DNA from: a virus
Taxonomy: Duplodnaviria > Caudoviricetes
Virus record (IMG/VR): IMGVR_UViG_3300025084_000065
Span: 1 to 43,708 of that record
Reading direction: 5' to 3' (one strand)
DNA length: 43,708 nucleotides
Shown: piece after piece, positions 31,765-43,708 of the stretch
Layout: every line of letters starts with the position of its first letter
How positions within the stretch are numbered: position 1 is the stretch's first letter
Notes under the pieces: model-generated
Database searches by the model: none
Told to the model about the DNA's origin: nothing
What the model saw: the letters and a program-made list of their open reading frames with translations, nothing else
Program-made: the position numbers and the translations under genes

Positions 31765-32310
31765 TTATGTTAACGTTTCGAAGTATTCGTATTCTACACT
31801 AACACTGAATGTTGCTAATTCGTCCATTCTACCATGACCCAAACTAAATTCACCTATGCTTGTTGGCCAACAATTTACCAATTTAATTTCTTTTATTGCT
31901 TTTGATGACCCATCTAAGTCGTGGTGGTGTATCACCCAATTTGCAACATAAGGTTTTTCATCTGTATTGAAGTTTGTTTCATTACTTACATGATTATTTA
32001 TACGATTACTCCAATTGTGTAATTTTTGCCATAAATTAGACTTAGATGGATGTGGATCGATTACTGTAAATGCCCAAGTTCCATAATCTCTATCACCAGG
32101 CAGTTTTAGAGTTCTACCCCTAAAACCAACTCGAATTGGGTTAATTGTAGATGCTGGTAAACCTAAAGAACTTACTTCTGTTGTCATAGTAAAATCTGAT
32201 TCTGAACCAGACCCCGGAATCACCATATTAACATCATAACGATTTGGTCTAGTTCCTAAACCAACTTTATTTTTAAATTCACTTAAAGTTAAATCGTTCA
32301 TATTTGGCAT
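31765..32310 (-). CDS. gp19: Tail tube protein
   Basis: RPNRY, LPASTI, FRGRTLKLPGDR...W and WPTSIGE. Confidence 0.9.
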   Translation of the reverse strand: MPNMNDLTLSEFKNKVGLGTRPNRYDVNMVIPGSGSESDFTMTTEVSSLGLPASTINPIRVGFRGRTLKLPGDRDYGTWAFTVIDPHPSKSNLWQKLHNWSNRINNHVSNETNFNTDEKPYVANWVIHHHDLDGSSKAIKEIKLVNCWPTSIGEFSLGHGRMDELATFSVSVEYEYFETLT

Positions 32311-32313
32311 TTA

Positions 32314-33495
32314 TTACTCCTGACCTAATGTGTCTGTGAATATAAGAGTTATTTCTTCTACACTATTTATTGCTGTGTAATTCACCTGAGCATTAAATTT
32401 ACCTAATTCTATGTCGGATTGTGTGTTATTTGATTCATCACAAATAACAGAATAATTTGATATTGCTTGTTTCACTAAAAGACTTTGCATAAATGCTTCA
32501 GCTTGAACAGTAAAATTTTCTCTGGTGGATGATGTATTTACTTCAAACAATGAGTTTCTAGATATTTTTCCTATTTCTTGTGTCAGCATTAATAGAAGGT
32601 TTATAGATCCTATTTTTTCTCCACTTGCAGTTTTATCGGAAAATAATACAATTCCCTGATTTGGAAAACTTAAAACAAAGTTTATATTATTATCAGATAA
32701 CACAGAAGCTTCTGATGTAGTAATAGCATCAGGCATTCTTACAGCACTTTTAATTGTCCCACGTTTAAATCCTGCGGGAGAATTAAATGACTCTGCTATT
32801 CTGTTTGTTCTTGCCATACAACCAGCTACATCATATGTTAAAGGTGTTTTGATGTATTTTGTTTCTTCTGTATATTGTGTACTTGGGTTCAATCTTTCCT
32901 TTGTTCCATATACAAAGACATTATATTTGTTATTGTTACTAGTTGTATCAGTTTTATTCAATGTTCTTCGGATTAGAATTAAATCGTTATCTCTGTTTGC
33001 TTGGATATTATCCAACTCGGAGTCTGCAGAATCTGCGTCCAATAGACAGTCTAATCTTGTAGAACCACTAGTAAATGGTGATGATGAACTTACACCTATT
33101 ATACAACTACCACCGTATTCTAAGTAGTTATTTACTCCCCACCATGCTCCTGTCCAACCACCAGTAGGTCCGATAGGCCATCTGACTTGTGTTGCTGTAT
33201 TACCACCATCTGCTGTGTATACTCCCGGATATAATGCACCGTTTACACCTATACCACCAAATCCATCAAAACTAACTCCAGCTCCATTACCAGATTTATA
33301 ATTTAATCTAGAATTCCAGTTGGTTAAGTCTGATATAACCATAAAACCATCATTAACTTCGGATGTGGTTCCTACTGCAATTAGTAGATTGTGGTTATCA
33401 ACAACAAAACCTGCGACAAAATCGCCAGTTGGTTCTCCGTTTGTTGATACGAAAGAGTTCTCTCCGATTGTTACATTTACTGATGGTAAAGCCAT
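32314..33495 (-). CDS. gp18: Tail sheath protein (unusually short, 393 aa)
   Basis: NYLEYGG, DVAGCMART, SPAGFKRG, LFEVN...R and VICDESNNT; between gp17 and gp19. Confidence 0.8.
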   Translation of the reverse strand: MALPSVNVTIGENSFVSTNGEPTGDFVAGFVVDNHNLLIAVGTTSEVNDGFMVISDLTNWNSRLNYKSGNGAGVSFDGFGGIGVNGALYPGVYTADGGNTATQVRWPIGPTGGWTGAWWGVNNYLEYGGSCIIGVSSSSPFTSGSTRLDCLLDADSADSELDNIQANRDNDLILIRRTLNKTDTTSNNNKYNVFVYGTKERLNPSTQYTEETKYIKTPLTYDVAGCMARTNRIAESFNSPAGFKRGTIKSAVRMPDAITTSEASVLSDNNINFVLSFPNQGIVLFSDKTASGEKIGSINLLLMLTQEIGKISRNSLFEVNTSSTRENFTVQAEAFMQSLLVKQAISNYSVICDESNNTQSDIELGKFNAQVNYTAINSVEEITLIFTDTLGQE

Positions 33496-33523
33496 ATTGT
33501 TCTCCTACATTTACTATCAGTTT

Positions 33524-33529
33524 TATTTA

Positions 33530-33531
<2 letters not shown>
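33524..33531 (-). promoter_or_regulatory. Candidate late promoter (AATAAATA) upstream of gp18
   Basis: One mismatch to TATAAATA, at a position where T4-like phages usually have a late promoter. Confidence 0.4.
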
Positions 33532-35630
<2,099 letters not shown>

Positions 35631-35654
35631 CCTTAAACCCTTTCATAATCTGAA

Positions 35655-36359
35655 TTATTCGTTTTCTGATTCTCCTGTAGAACCAGTAATTCCTATAATA
35701 CCAAGTCCAGGAATATTAACTTCAGTATCAAGAATAATTGGTCGCTCGTCCTCTCCTCGTATTTTTGAATATAATCTAGTTTTACAATCAAAATTTAAAT
35801 TTGCGGCAATTAATCTTCTATCCAAAAAGTTTCCTTCGTAGTCTTCCTGTATTGCTACATTACCTAAAACTACAGGAACATCTAACTTCGTATCAATTTC
35901 ATTTAAATTTAATGATAAGATAAATTCAGGACTAAAATACGGAACAATCTGTTCTATTATTTGTAGCATCTCCGTCATAGTACGAGTAAATATATACAAA
36001 GAAAATCCTAAATTATAAGGAACTTCCTGAAAAGTTGTTTTTCTAGAATTTTCATTACCAATAATTGGTACTGTTCTTTCTATTGTTTTATTTAAATGTC
36101 TAGTTGGGTCATAATTTAAAGATGATATTTCGAAACCCATTCTCGGTAACGAAAGTTGAATTTTTGTATCATCACTTATACCACTCTGTTCAGTTAACCT
36201 TCTTTGAAATTTTTCTTTTGGTCCGTAAGTTAAAGGGACACGTATTCTTTGATTTGTTGTACCATCAGAGTTTTCTCTAGACACATAAATTTCATTAAAT
36301 AAAGATCCAAATGCAACAGTAAGTTTTCTTAAAGATTGATTATAATAAAAATCAAACAT
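35655..36359 (-). CDS. gp15: Tail sheath stabiliser/terminator
   Basis: AFGSLFN, VPLTYGPKEKF, LPRMGFE and QIIEQIVPYFSP. Confidence 0.92.
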   Translation of the reverse strand: MFDFYYNQSLRKLTVAFGSLFNEIYVSRENSDGTTNQRIRVPLTYGPKEKFQRRLTEQSGISDDTKIQLSLPRMGFEISSLNYDPTRHLNKTIERTVPIIGNENSRKTTFQEVPYNLGFSLYIFTRTMTEMLQIIEQIVPYFSPEFILSLNLNEIDTKLDVPVVLGNVAIQEDYEGNFLDRRLIAANLNFDCKTRLYSKIRGEDERPIILDTEVNIPGLGIIGITGSTGESENE

Positions 36360-37291
36360 CAATAATCTCCTTCTGAAAATGGATCTATATCACTAAAGTT
36401 AATTATATCATCATCTTGTTTTTCTTTTTCTATAATATTATTATCTAATAATGCTTTATTTGTAATTGGATTAAATGGAATTATAATATCCAGTCTACCA
36501 GACTTGTCAATTAAACCAACAGATCCACTACTTACACCTATTAAATATTCACCATTTCCGATAGTAAACGAACCGGACATATTTCCTATTAATACTAAGT
36601 TTTTAGAATCGTTATCTTTATCATTCCAGTCATACACAACACCAATTCCGTCCGCATTACTTAATGTTGCGCCGGTAGGTCCATTTCCTATAACTTGATA
36701 TATAGTCTCACCAATTGTATAATCACCAGTAAATGCAGAATCTATATAAACTTCAAATCCTTTTGTTTGATTATCTGTTTGTACATCATCAATAAAGTTT
36801 TGTTCAGTTTCAATATCTTCATTTGAGTATGTGAATGCTTCACACGTCAAAACAAATGTGTATCTTTTACCTAATGGATAAAATGGATTTTCGTGTTCTA
36901 CAAAATTAATTTCGAATAGTGTATCGCTAAGAGGAAAGTAAATTAAATCCCCTTCTCGAGGTCTTTCTAGAGATACATTTGTTCTTGTTATAAGTTCATG
37001 AAATCTTCTTGTAGAAACTACTAACTCTACTCGATCTTTTAATTGTATACCAAATTTACTGACAATATCACCCTGTCCATCAAATCCCTGAACACTATTG
37101 ATATACATTTCAATTTTATGCGAACCTTTAAATTTTGCTACTGGATCTTCACCAAATAATAAATCATTATTGAAATTTACTCTAGGAATATAATATACAT
37201 CTCTTCCCATCGATCTGATGGTTTCTTCCGTTAAATCTTCTACAAGTCTTTGTTCACTTGTGTTATCTAAAAAGTATGGATTCTTAGCCAT
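36359..37291 (-). CDS. gp14: Neck protein
   Basis: NPYF, GRDVYYIPR, FGED, SKFG, RPREGDLIYFP and EHENPFY. Confidence 0.92.
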   Translation of the reverse strand: MAKNPYFLDNTSEQRLVEDLTEETIRSMGRDVYYIPRVNFNNDLLFGEDPVAKFKGSHKIEMYINSVQGFDGQGDIVSKFGIQLKDRVELVVSTRRFHELITRTNVSLERPREGDLIYFPLSDTLFEINFVEHENPFYPLGKRYTFVLTCEAFTYSNEDIETEQNFIDDVQTDNQTKGFEVYIDSAFTGDYTIGETIYQVIGNGPTGATLSNADGIGVVYDWNDKDNDSKNLVLIGNMSGSFTIGNGEYLIGVSSGSVGLIDKSGRLDIIIPFNPITNKALLDNNIIEKEKQDDDIINFSDIDPFSEGDY

Positions 37292-37295
37292 TAGA

Positions 37296-38099
37296 TTATC
37301 CTGTCATAAAGTCAACAGGCAGTTCGTATTGAGTATACACTTCTTGTTCTACCCTGTCTATTTCTGCTAACGCTTCGCTGTAAATTTGACCACCCCGGAG
37401 AACAACACCACCTGGCATTTGAACTCCATCATATTTTGCTAAGTTTGATCCCCATTGTCTTTTTATCAATGCAGTAAAATACTTTTTTAATAATCGATCG
37501 TCAAATATTTCAGTGTAAATTTCTGGACTTAATGCAACATAAGATTCGATCATTAAATATTCATCAGTTTGTATTTCATCCCAGTTCATGTCTATATGAA
37601 GTCTATTGGTAACTTTGCTAAATCTAACTGCCTTTTCTGGCTGAAAGAAATCTTCGATCATATTGATGTATCTCTTAGTAGAATCGTAAGACGCTAGTCC
37701 TTGTGATACTGCTGCATTAAGACCTCTATTTATACCGAAGTAGTCAGAAAGTGCTAATTGATATCTTATGTCAAACATATTAATGTTAGCAAATTGTCCA
37801 AATTGAAACACTTTTACTACACTTAATATATCTTTTCCAGTTGGAGCATCACCTGATGGTCCGTTAATTGGTCCTAGCAAATTAGTCTGTATGTATTTGT
37901 TTACTTTATCTTCTTCTGTTATCTTATGTGCAAAAAACCCTTTTTCTACACCATCAAAATGACGTTCTTTAAAGAAATCTAATGCTTCATCTAGTCGATC
38001 TTCTGCCTGCTCATAATCTACATTTATTTCAATAACAGGTGCGCCTAACCTACGATAGGCGTAATCAATTAGACTTTCTCTGGAATTTGGTTTTGCCAT
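37296..38099 (-). CDS. gp13: Neck protein
   Basis: RRLGAPVIEINV, HFDG and KRQWGSNLAKY.GVQMPGGV.L.G. Confidence 0.93.
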   Translation of the reverse strand: MAKPNSRESLIDYAYRRLGAPVIEINVDYEQAEDRLDEALDFFKERHFDGVEKGFFAHKITEEDKVNKYIQTNLLGPINGPSGDAPTGKDILSVVKVFQFGQFANINMFDIRYQLALSDYFGINRGLNAAVSQGLASYDSTKRYINMIEDFFQPEKAVRFSKVTNRLHIDMNWDEIQTDEYLMIESYVALSPEIYTEIFDDRLLKKYFTALIKRQWGSNLAKYDGVQMPGGVVLRGGQIYSEALAEIDRVEQEVYTQYELPVDFMTG

Positions 38100-38115
38100 A
38101 AGTAATCTCCAAGAT

Positions 38116-38123
38116 TATTTATG
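38116..38123 (-). promoter_or_regulatory. Candidate late promoter (CATAAATA) upstream of gp13
   Basis: One mismatch to TATAAATA, intergenic. Confidence 0.55.
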
Positions 38124-38138
38124 GTTATATATTATTCA

Positions 38139-38657
38139 TTATCCAAAATGCTTTTCTGTAATTAGTCTTCTTTCTTTTTCTTTTTTTGTTTCCACTGTAT
38201 CTGATGATGCAACTGTATCTGATGATGCAACTGTATCTGGTGATGTAACTACAATTTCATTTATTTCTTCGGTATTCATAGTTTCTACGAAATACCTTCT
38301 AGATACAGGTGAAATTGATTCTTCTGGATTGCTTGATGCATAGTCTGAAAATCCAGGCATTTTTAATGGACATGACAATTTCGGGTAATCTAGTTTACTA
38401 TACTCTTCATTATCTCCAATTAACCATGTGTTCTTATTGTCCCCACAACCACAACCACCACAATAATACTTACCTTCAGTTTTACTTCTGCATAGATGTT
38501 CACATGGCGGAAGTACACCGCCGTTATGTTGGTTTCCAAAGCAACTAATTACTCTTAGTTTTTTTGTGAATGGTTCTGTTTTTTTATTAGTTACTCCTCG
38601 AGAAATTAAAGACTTACTGAGATTTTTTGCCATAGAAAAACCCTTTTTAATATCCAT
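38139..38657 (-). CDS. Cys-rich hypothetical protein
   Basis: C..C..C..CGGCGC...CP pattern; ATG at 38657 with a GGAGA ribosome-binding site. Confidence 0.6.
   Translation of the reverse strand: MDIKKGFSMAKNLSKSLISRGVTNKKTEPFTKKLRVISCFGNQHNGGVLPPCEHLCRSKTEGKYYCGGCGCGDNKNTWLIGDNEEYSKLDYPKLSCPLKMPGFSDYASSNPEESISPVSRRYFVETMNTEEINEIVVTSPDTVASSDTVASSDTVETKKEKERRLITEKHFG
38194..38247. repeat. 18-bp tandem repeat x3
   Basis: actgtatctgatgatgca x2 followed by actgtatctggtgatgta; encodes (T/A)S(P/S)DTV units. Confidence 0.9.
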
Positions 38658-38671
38658 ATAGTATCTCCACA

Positions 38672-40201
38672 TTAAGTAATAGGTGTATTATAATCAGCAT
38701 CCGCAACATAATTATAGAAAATATTATCAAAAACAACAAATCCTGATAATGGTGTAACTCTAAGACCCTCTATGTATGATTGTATTCCTATTGTTTTACT
38801 TCCAGTCACATGAAGTCTACCCCCACCATATCCAACAGTACCAGAGGATAAACGAAGATCTAATCCTGAGCTATTATTATACGCATCGTTTACCATTCCG
38901 CTTTGTGGTGAATATACTAAAGTTGTTGGACTAGTTCTCATAGAAACCGGAAAATTATGCCAGTGATCATCTGAGTTTGGATTTACTGTAAATCTATCTG
39001 GAGAGTGGTTTGGAAATGAACCATTCATTGTAGTTGAACCAGTATCAACCTCTAAGTCGTATGTACGTTGATAATATCGAGAGCACCTGGAAAGTTCTAT
39101 TTTTGGGTCTGTTTCTTGTCTATATGGAGAAGATGATAGTGTTTCTCCCTGAGAGGAGAACAATCTTACATTAGAAAGTTCTAAATCTGTATTTTCCAAT
39201 ATACCATTTAATTTAATTCCTACTGCAACATATCCATCACCAGTATTACCTGTGTGTCCCGCAGAGCTCCCCAGAGAGCTACTAACAATAAATGGAGTCC
39301 AGACACCACCAGTTACAACTATAGGTGTATCTATTTCATTTATTGTATAAGATGATCCTGTATTTACACTTCTGCGTATATACAGTCCTAAAGTTCCCCC
39401 CGTTATTCCACTTGGTGGTCCTCCAGTTGCACCTGCACTTATACCACCAGTTCCTTGTGCATATCTAATATATCCATCAACTGTTACTGTTTCACCTAAA
39501 AATTTCTGTTGACCCTCTATGATATTTTCAATTCCATGAAAATCCGAAGATGACTTACTCGCATAGTTCATATTAACAGAACTATAATATAATGGATTCC
39601 CAGCAACATCAGTCTGTCCTACATCGAAAGATTTTCGTGTTATAGTTTTTGATGCTAATGCTGATGGATTATTTGTTCTAAACATCCAACGATCTGCAAA
39701 GAAATGACTAGTGAGTTCTCCAAAGGATTTTCCTCTTTGCCACACATCAAAATTACCATTAATTAACTGATTTTTTAGTGTGTATTCTGCAGGACCTGCT
39801 GTTCCACCCGCCGGTCCTGTTGCACCAGAAGAACCGGTACTTCCACCTAAAGATAAAGTTACGCTTCCAGTTTCTCCGTTAATTGATGTAACAATTGAAC
39901 TTGCTTGTGTTCCATCTTGAAATTGTACACTTCCCGTTACCACTAGATTACCATCAACTGAAACTCCCCTTATAGTATCAGAGAGATCTATGTAGGCAAC
40001 ACCACCACTAGAACCACTAGAACCACTAGAACCAGTAGATCCCATAGTAACATTTATGTTAGAAGAAGCTGCACTAACACCATATACAGACATTAGGTTT
40101 AATTTCTTTATTACCTCATCGTTTTCTTTTGCAACCCAATCGTAAAATGTTGTATTAGCATTTAAATTTTGGATTTGGAATGAATTATCTTCAACGCCCA
40201 T
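38672..40201 (-). CDS. Tail fibre/baseplate-associated structural protein
   Basis: NQLINGNFDVWQRG...ELSRCSRYYQ domain typical of phage fibre proteins; Gly/Ser/Thr linkers; shares FxDGTxASSIVTSxNGETG with the long fibre. Confidence 0.65.
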   Translation of the reverse strand: MGVEDNSFQIQNLNANTTFYDWVAKENDEVIKKLNLMSVYGVSAASSNINVTMGSTGSSGSSGSSGGVAYIDLSDTIRGVSVDGNLVVTGSVQFQDGTQASSIVTSINGETGSVTLSLGGSTGSSGATGPAGGTAGPAEYTLKNQLINGNFDVWQRGKSFGELTSHFFADRWMFRTNNPSALASKTITRKSFDVGQTDVAGNPLYYSSVNMNYASKSSSDFHGIENIIEGQQKFLGETVTVDGYIRYAQGTGGISAGATGGPPSGITGGTLGLYIRRSVNTGSSYTINEIDTPIVVTGGVWTPFIVSSSLGSSAGHTGNTGDGYVAVGIKLNGILENTDLELSNVRLFSSQGETLSSSPYRQETDPKIELSRCSRYYQRTYDLEVDTGSTTMNGSFPNHSPDRFTVNPNSDDHWHNFPVSMRTSPTTLVYSPQSGMVNDAYNNSSGLDLRLSSGTVGYGGGRLHVTGSKTIGIQSYIEGLRVTPLSGFVVFDNIFYNYVADADYNTPIT

Positions 40202-40210
40202 ATTTTTCCC

Positions 40211-41608
40211 CTAAAATCGTTGTATTACTTGACCAATAAATGTTTTCTTATTAAAATTTTCAGTTGAATCATAAGAAAAACTAGTTCTTCCTATATGTAG
40301 AGATTTTCCAGAATATTCTTTTACTTCCGGGATTGATGTTGATATTATTTCAAAACTAGTGTTTAATGTCGGATGCATTATCCTATCACCAACTTGATAT
40401 AAATTTTTGTTTTTTGTTTGAACTTCTAATATTTTTTCACCAAAACTCGGTCCATCGTAATATGATACTACAGTTGATGTTGTATATTGTGAAGTATTTG
40501 GTTTGGATATATTAGTACCAAAACTAAAATCATTTTCGTCTGGTGCGGGACCAATACCGAATTGAGATATTGTTAACTTAACATTGTTTGATACTGATGC
40601 ACTATTTTCTTTAAATAATTTTTCATTGGAATCATATAAAACATCTTCATTAATTCCAAATTTAAAAAATTTAGTTTGGTTAGATACAGATTTTATTTGT
40701 TCTATATTAATTCTACAATTTATAAGTGCAAATTTAGCAGACAAAGCTTCCCTGACGTTTAATCCAGAAGAACCAATAAATCCTAATTCTATCGCGTTTG
40801 CAATATCTTGTATTTGTGAATCTGTATGTTTATTGGAAAGAACAGATTTTAAACTTTCGAATATATTAAAATCTTTATAACCAGTTCCCATACTGTTTAT
40901 AGAAATTCCCATAATTGTGTATTCTCTATTTCCAATAGTGGTATTTGGAGAAGAGACTACATTTGTTTCTATTTTAATTGATGCTCCACTACCAGTATCA
41001 CTAACAATATTTATTATGGGATCTTTATAATTAATAACTCGATTTTCACTAGAAATTGAATTTACATTAATTTGTTGGTATATCAATCCACCAGCAATTG
41101 ATTTTATTGTTTTATCTGGAACTGGTATCCAATCTGAATTATTAATTATTACTTTATCTGTAGCAGATAATGTATATAAGTAGAGATATCCATACCCATC
41201 ATCATAAAAATTAACTCCAGATTTATGATTTGGTGCTACAGAAGTATTAATTTTTTTATCGTATTTCTTTCTATTAAATTTATCATTTTGTATAATTAAA
41301 TAAACATTATTGTTACTTAAAAGATAATAATTTCCTTTAGGTGTTATTTGTGAATTCCATCTATTGTAGGAAGTTTTTGACCATTTAATGTATGGAACTA
41401 CAACGTTACAATCTTCAGCTTCTATCTGCTTAAAAATTGTAGAATCTTTAAATAAATTTAATCTTTCATTATCAGTGTTAAGATCAGCGCTAGTTGCAGC
41501 TTCAGATCCTCCCAGAAAAAAAGAAAGAACTCTGTCTTTATTTTTGACCGAATTAACAAAATGTTCTGCATTTTTAACTGAAAGATTTGTTGCTGTTAAA
41601 TCTGCCAT
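40211..41608 (-). CDS. Baseplate wedge protein, gp8-like
   Basis: VVPYIKW, YYLL.NNNVY, P.H..G....DDGYGYLYLYT and DWIPVP resemble the gp8 core; in the baseplate block. Confidence 0.65.
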   Translation of the reverse strand: MADLTATNLSVKNAEHFVNSVKNKDRVLSFFLGGSEAATSADLNTDNERLNLFKDSTIFKQIEAEDCNVVVPYIKWSKTSYNRWNSQITPKGNYYLLSNNNVYLIIQNDKFNRKKYDKKINTSVAPNHKSGVNFYDDGYGYLYLYTLSATDKVIINNSDWIPVPDKTIKSIAGGLIYQQINVNSISSENRVINYKDPIINIVSDTGSGASIKIETNVVSSPNTTIGNREYTIMGISINSMGTGYKDFNIFESLKSVLSNKHTDSQIQDIANAIELGFIGSSGLNVREALSAKFALINCRINIEQIKSVSNQTKFFKFGINEDVLYDSNEKLFKENSASVSNNVKLTISQFGIGPAPDENDFSFGTNISKPNTSQYTTSTVVSYYDGPSFGEKILEVQTKNKNLYQVGDRIMHPTLNTSFEIISTSIPEVKEYSGKSLHIGRTSFSYDSTENFNKKTFIGQVIQRF

Positions 41609-41619
41609 ATTTACTCCGT

Positions 41620-42642
41620 TTAGCAAGGTGTCGTATCTGTATTTGGATTATCATCTAATTCTAACACAACAAAGTCAAATATATTTATATCACCAAAGGC
41701 AACACCACTAGTTGGACCAATATTCCATATAGGATGTTTGAACGTTTTCATGTCAGCTGTATTTTCCAATATTGCATTAACCGAAGAAGAACCAGAACAA
41801 CCACAATCGGACAAATAATCTTCAGTTGCACCTAAAGGATATACGTAATAATTTCCAATTGCAGGAAAATCTTGTTGTTTGGGTGCAGTAAATCCTAAAT
41901 TAGTGTTTTCTAATAATGTTTGTATTTCATCATCTACAGATTGTGCAGTTTGTTGTGTACCAGTTTCTTCTATAACGGTTAACGAAAAATTAGTGCCAGC
42001 TGGTTGCATATAATTAATATATGCTTCTCTGTATAAATTCTCTCTAGGTATCGATCCAGATGAATGTGTAACTATAATATCATAAGTAAAAGCCGTTTCG
42101 CTGTTATTAACTTGAACTTTTACTACTTCAGAAAATAATTTAGATAAAAATAAAACAATTCCATCTGAAGTTCCTTTTCGTAATAAAATATCACGTTTAA
42201 AGTTTATAAGAAAATTTTGTACTTCTGGTAAACTCAAAGAACTTGCAACATTTTCTATCTGAGGAATAAAACTCATTATAGTAGCATTTAGTGTTTCTTG
42301 TTTTAAATTTTGTAAATCAATTAAATCTACAAAGTTATCTGTATATAAACCAGACAATTCGTTGCAATATAACCAATTGTAATAATGTTGTAAAAATGTT
42401 ATTAATAAAGTTTTTCCTTCTTCGTGTTCATTTTTTAACCAATATGGTGTAAAGTTGGTAACGTCAAAGATGGGTGGACAGTTAGAAAAAGTAGGACCAA
42501 GAGAAAATGGATCTGATATAGAAAATGACATCGCAGCATCGGCTGCAGCTGCAGCTTCTTCTCTCGGTATTATTGATGCAATTGGATTGAGTACATGTAC
42601 ACCATCCTCTTGTATATTTGAAAACGTAATAAAATCTACCAT
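41620..42642 (-). CDS. Baseplate wedge protein, gp7-like (short)
   Basis: FLQHYYNWL, RKGTSDGIVLFLSKLF and QPAG resemble the conserved gp7/GpI-like core; between gp6 and gp8. Confidence 0.55.
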   Translation of the reverse strand: MVDFITFSNIQEDGVHVLNPIASIIPREEAAAAADAAMSFSISDPFSLGPTFSNCPPIFDVTNFTPYWLKNEHEEGKTLLITFLQHYYNWLYCNELSGLYTDNFVDLIDLQNLKQETLNATIMSFIPQIENVASSLSLPEVQNFLINFKRDILLRKGTSDGIVLFLSKLFSEVVKVQVNNSETAFTYDIIVTHSSGSIPRENLYREAYINYMQPAGTNFSLTVIEETGTQQTAQSVDDEIQTLLENTNLGFTAPKQQDFPAIGNYYVYPLGATEDYLSDCGCSGSSSVNAILENTADMKTFKHPIWNIGPTSGVAFGDINIFDFVVLELDDNPNTDTTPC

Positions 42643-43708
42643 CAAATATCCCCATCATATGTGTAAATTATTCCGACCATACCTCTACTTCGTATTAATT
42701 CTTGTGCAGTTACGTCGTCTACATTGTCTTCGTTTATTTTAAATTTAACTTCACCTGTTGGATTATCAGAATCGTCTAATATTGTTTTTACTACAATATT
42801 ATCCATTGATGTAGATAAATTATTATTAACTAATAAAACTTTAATATCGTCTTTTGTTACAACTCTATCCTGAGAAGCGAAAGATCTGGGAACTAAAAAT
42901 TTAATTTCATTCAAGCTTGGTGTATTCTTTCCTCCAGAGCTCAATCCTGATGTGGGTGTTATGGTAGACACAGAAAATCCGGAAGGTATATTTGAAAATG
43001 ATATACTAGAACACCCATTACCCGAAGTACCAGAGGAAACTAAGTAACTAACTTTAACTTTACTGTTCGGTGATAATATATTGGAGTTTATAGTGTTTCC
43101 GGTAACCTGATCTATGAAAGAAGAAAATACTATATTATATCCAGAACTAGTTCTATCTAAGTAAAAGAATTTATCCGTACTTGACGGATTTTCTAAAACA
43201 GAAGATTTTAATTCATATGTTTCAAATTCTCCAGTAGATTCTATTTGAACTTCTATCTTAAGAGTTGACGTTTCTAAATCTTTTTCTGGAATCGATATGG
43301 ATTGGTTTTCTATGTTTATAGCAGTACCAGTAAAAATCGCTTGATTTACAGATTGTTTTGCTTCGTAAATATTAAACTCAGCTTGGTTAACTTCGTTTAA
43401 CGTTTCTATGGTTTGTTCTTCAGTATTATAAAACAGTTTTATTTCACCATTAGACTTTCTACCGACGAATTTAGTTAAAGCGGGTATAGTTTGTCCAGCA
43501 TCAGCACCTAAAATCTTTATTTTAATACTGGAAGATTTTGGACCAGAAACTGTATATCCTTGAAGTTTAGCATGAGAAATTAATGATTCTATTTTCTGTG
43601 AAGTATCTAAAAACATTTCATTAACTAAAATATTCTGAAACAGTACTTGATAAAATGTATTATACGAAAGTAAATCCACTATAGTTGAAAGTGCAGAACC
43701 TTCAAAAT
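42642..43708 (-). CDS. gp6: Baseplate wedge protein gp6 (5' end beyond the window)
   Basis: FEGSALSTIVDLLSYNT, NEMFLDT...S..SHAK..GY and SQDRVVT.DD. Confidence 0.85.
   Translation of the reverse strand, partial: FEGSALSTIVDLLSYNTFYQVLFQNILVNEMFLDTSQKIESLISHAKLQGYTVSGPKSSSIKIKILGADAGQTIPALTKFVGRKSNGEIKLFYNTEEQTIETLNEVNQAEFNIYEAKQSVNQAIFTGTAINIENQSISIPEKDLETSTLKIEVQIESTGEFETYELKSSVLENPSSTDKFFYLDRTSSGYNIVFSSFIDQVTGNTINSNILSPNSKVKVSYLVSSGTSGNGCSSISFSNIPSGFSVSTITPTSGLSSGGKNTPSLNEIKFLVPRSFASQDRVVTKDDIKVLLVNNNLSTSMDNIVVKTILDDSDNPTGEVKFKINEDNVDDVTAQELIRSRGMVGIIYTYDGDI

Overview
This is a 43.7-kb segment of a large, AT-rich T4-like myovirus genome with a gene order like that of marine/freshwater T4-like phages. 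It uses the standard genetic code and essentially all genes are on the minus strand. In transcription order (high to low coordinates) it holds: baseplate wedge genes (partial gp6, gp7-like, gp8-like); a fibre-like gene; neck, tail, terminase, portal and head genes gp13-gp23; gp3, uvsY, uvsW and gp55; gp47 and gp46 with a SET-like gene between them; a PLP-enzyme plus DNA amino-methyltransferase pair; gp45, gp44, a GroES-like gene, gp62 and regA. After regA, where gp43 usually follows, there is a 10-gene glycan-synthesis cluster (GT32, GT25, GT11, GT10, 2OG-Fe(II) dioxygenase, two GT-A-like proteins, GT47, sulfotransferase, GT2-TPR). This cluster leads into collagen-like fibre genes, including a >1039-aa modular fibre gene (1..3117) that the ORF track missed because it runs off the window. 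The main hypothesis is a phage-encoded pathway that builds a fucosylated/sulfated glycan on virion proteins, possibly at Gly-x-Thr-(Gly/Ala) motifs that recur in the structural proteins. All family calls come from motif recognition and synteny, not from database searches.
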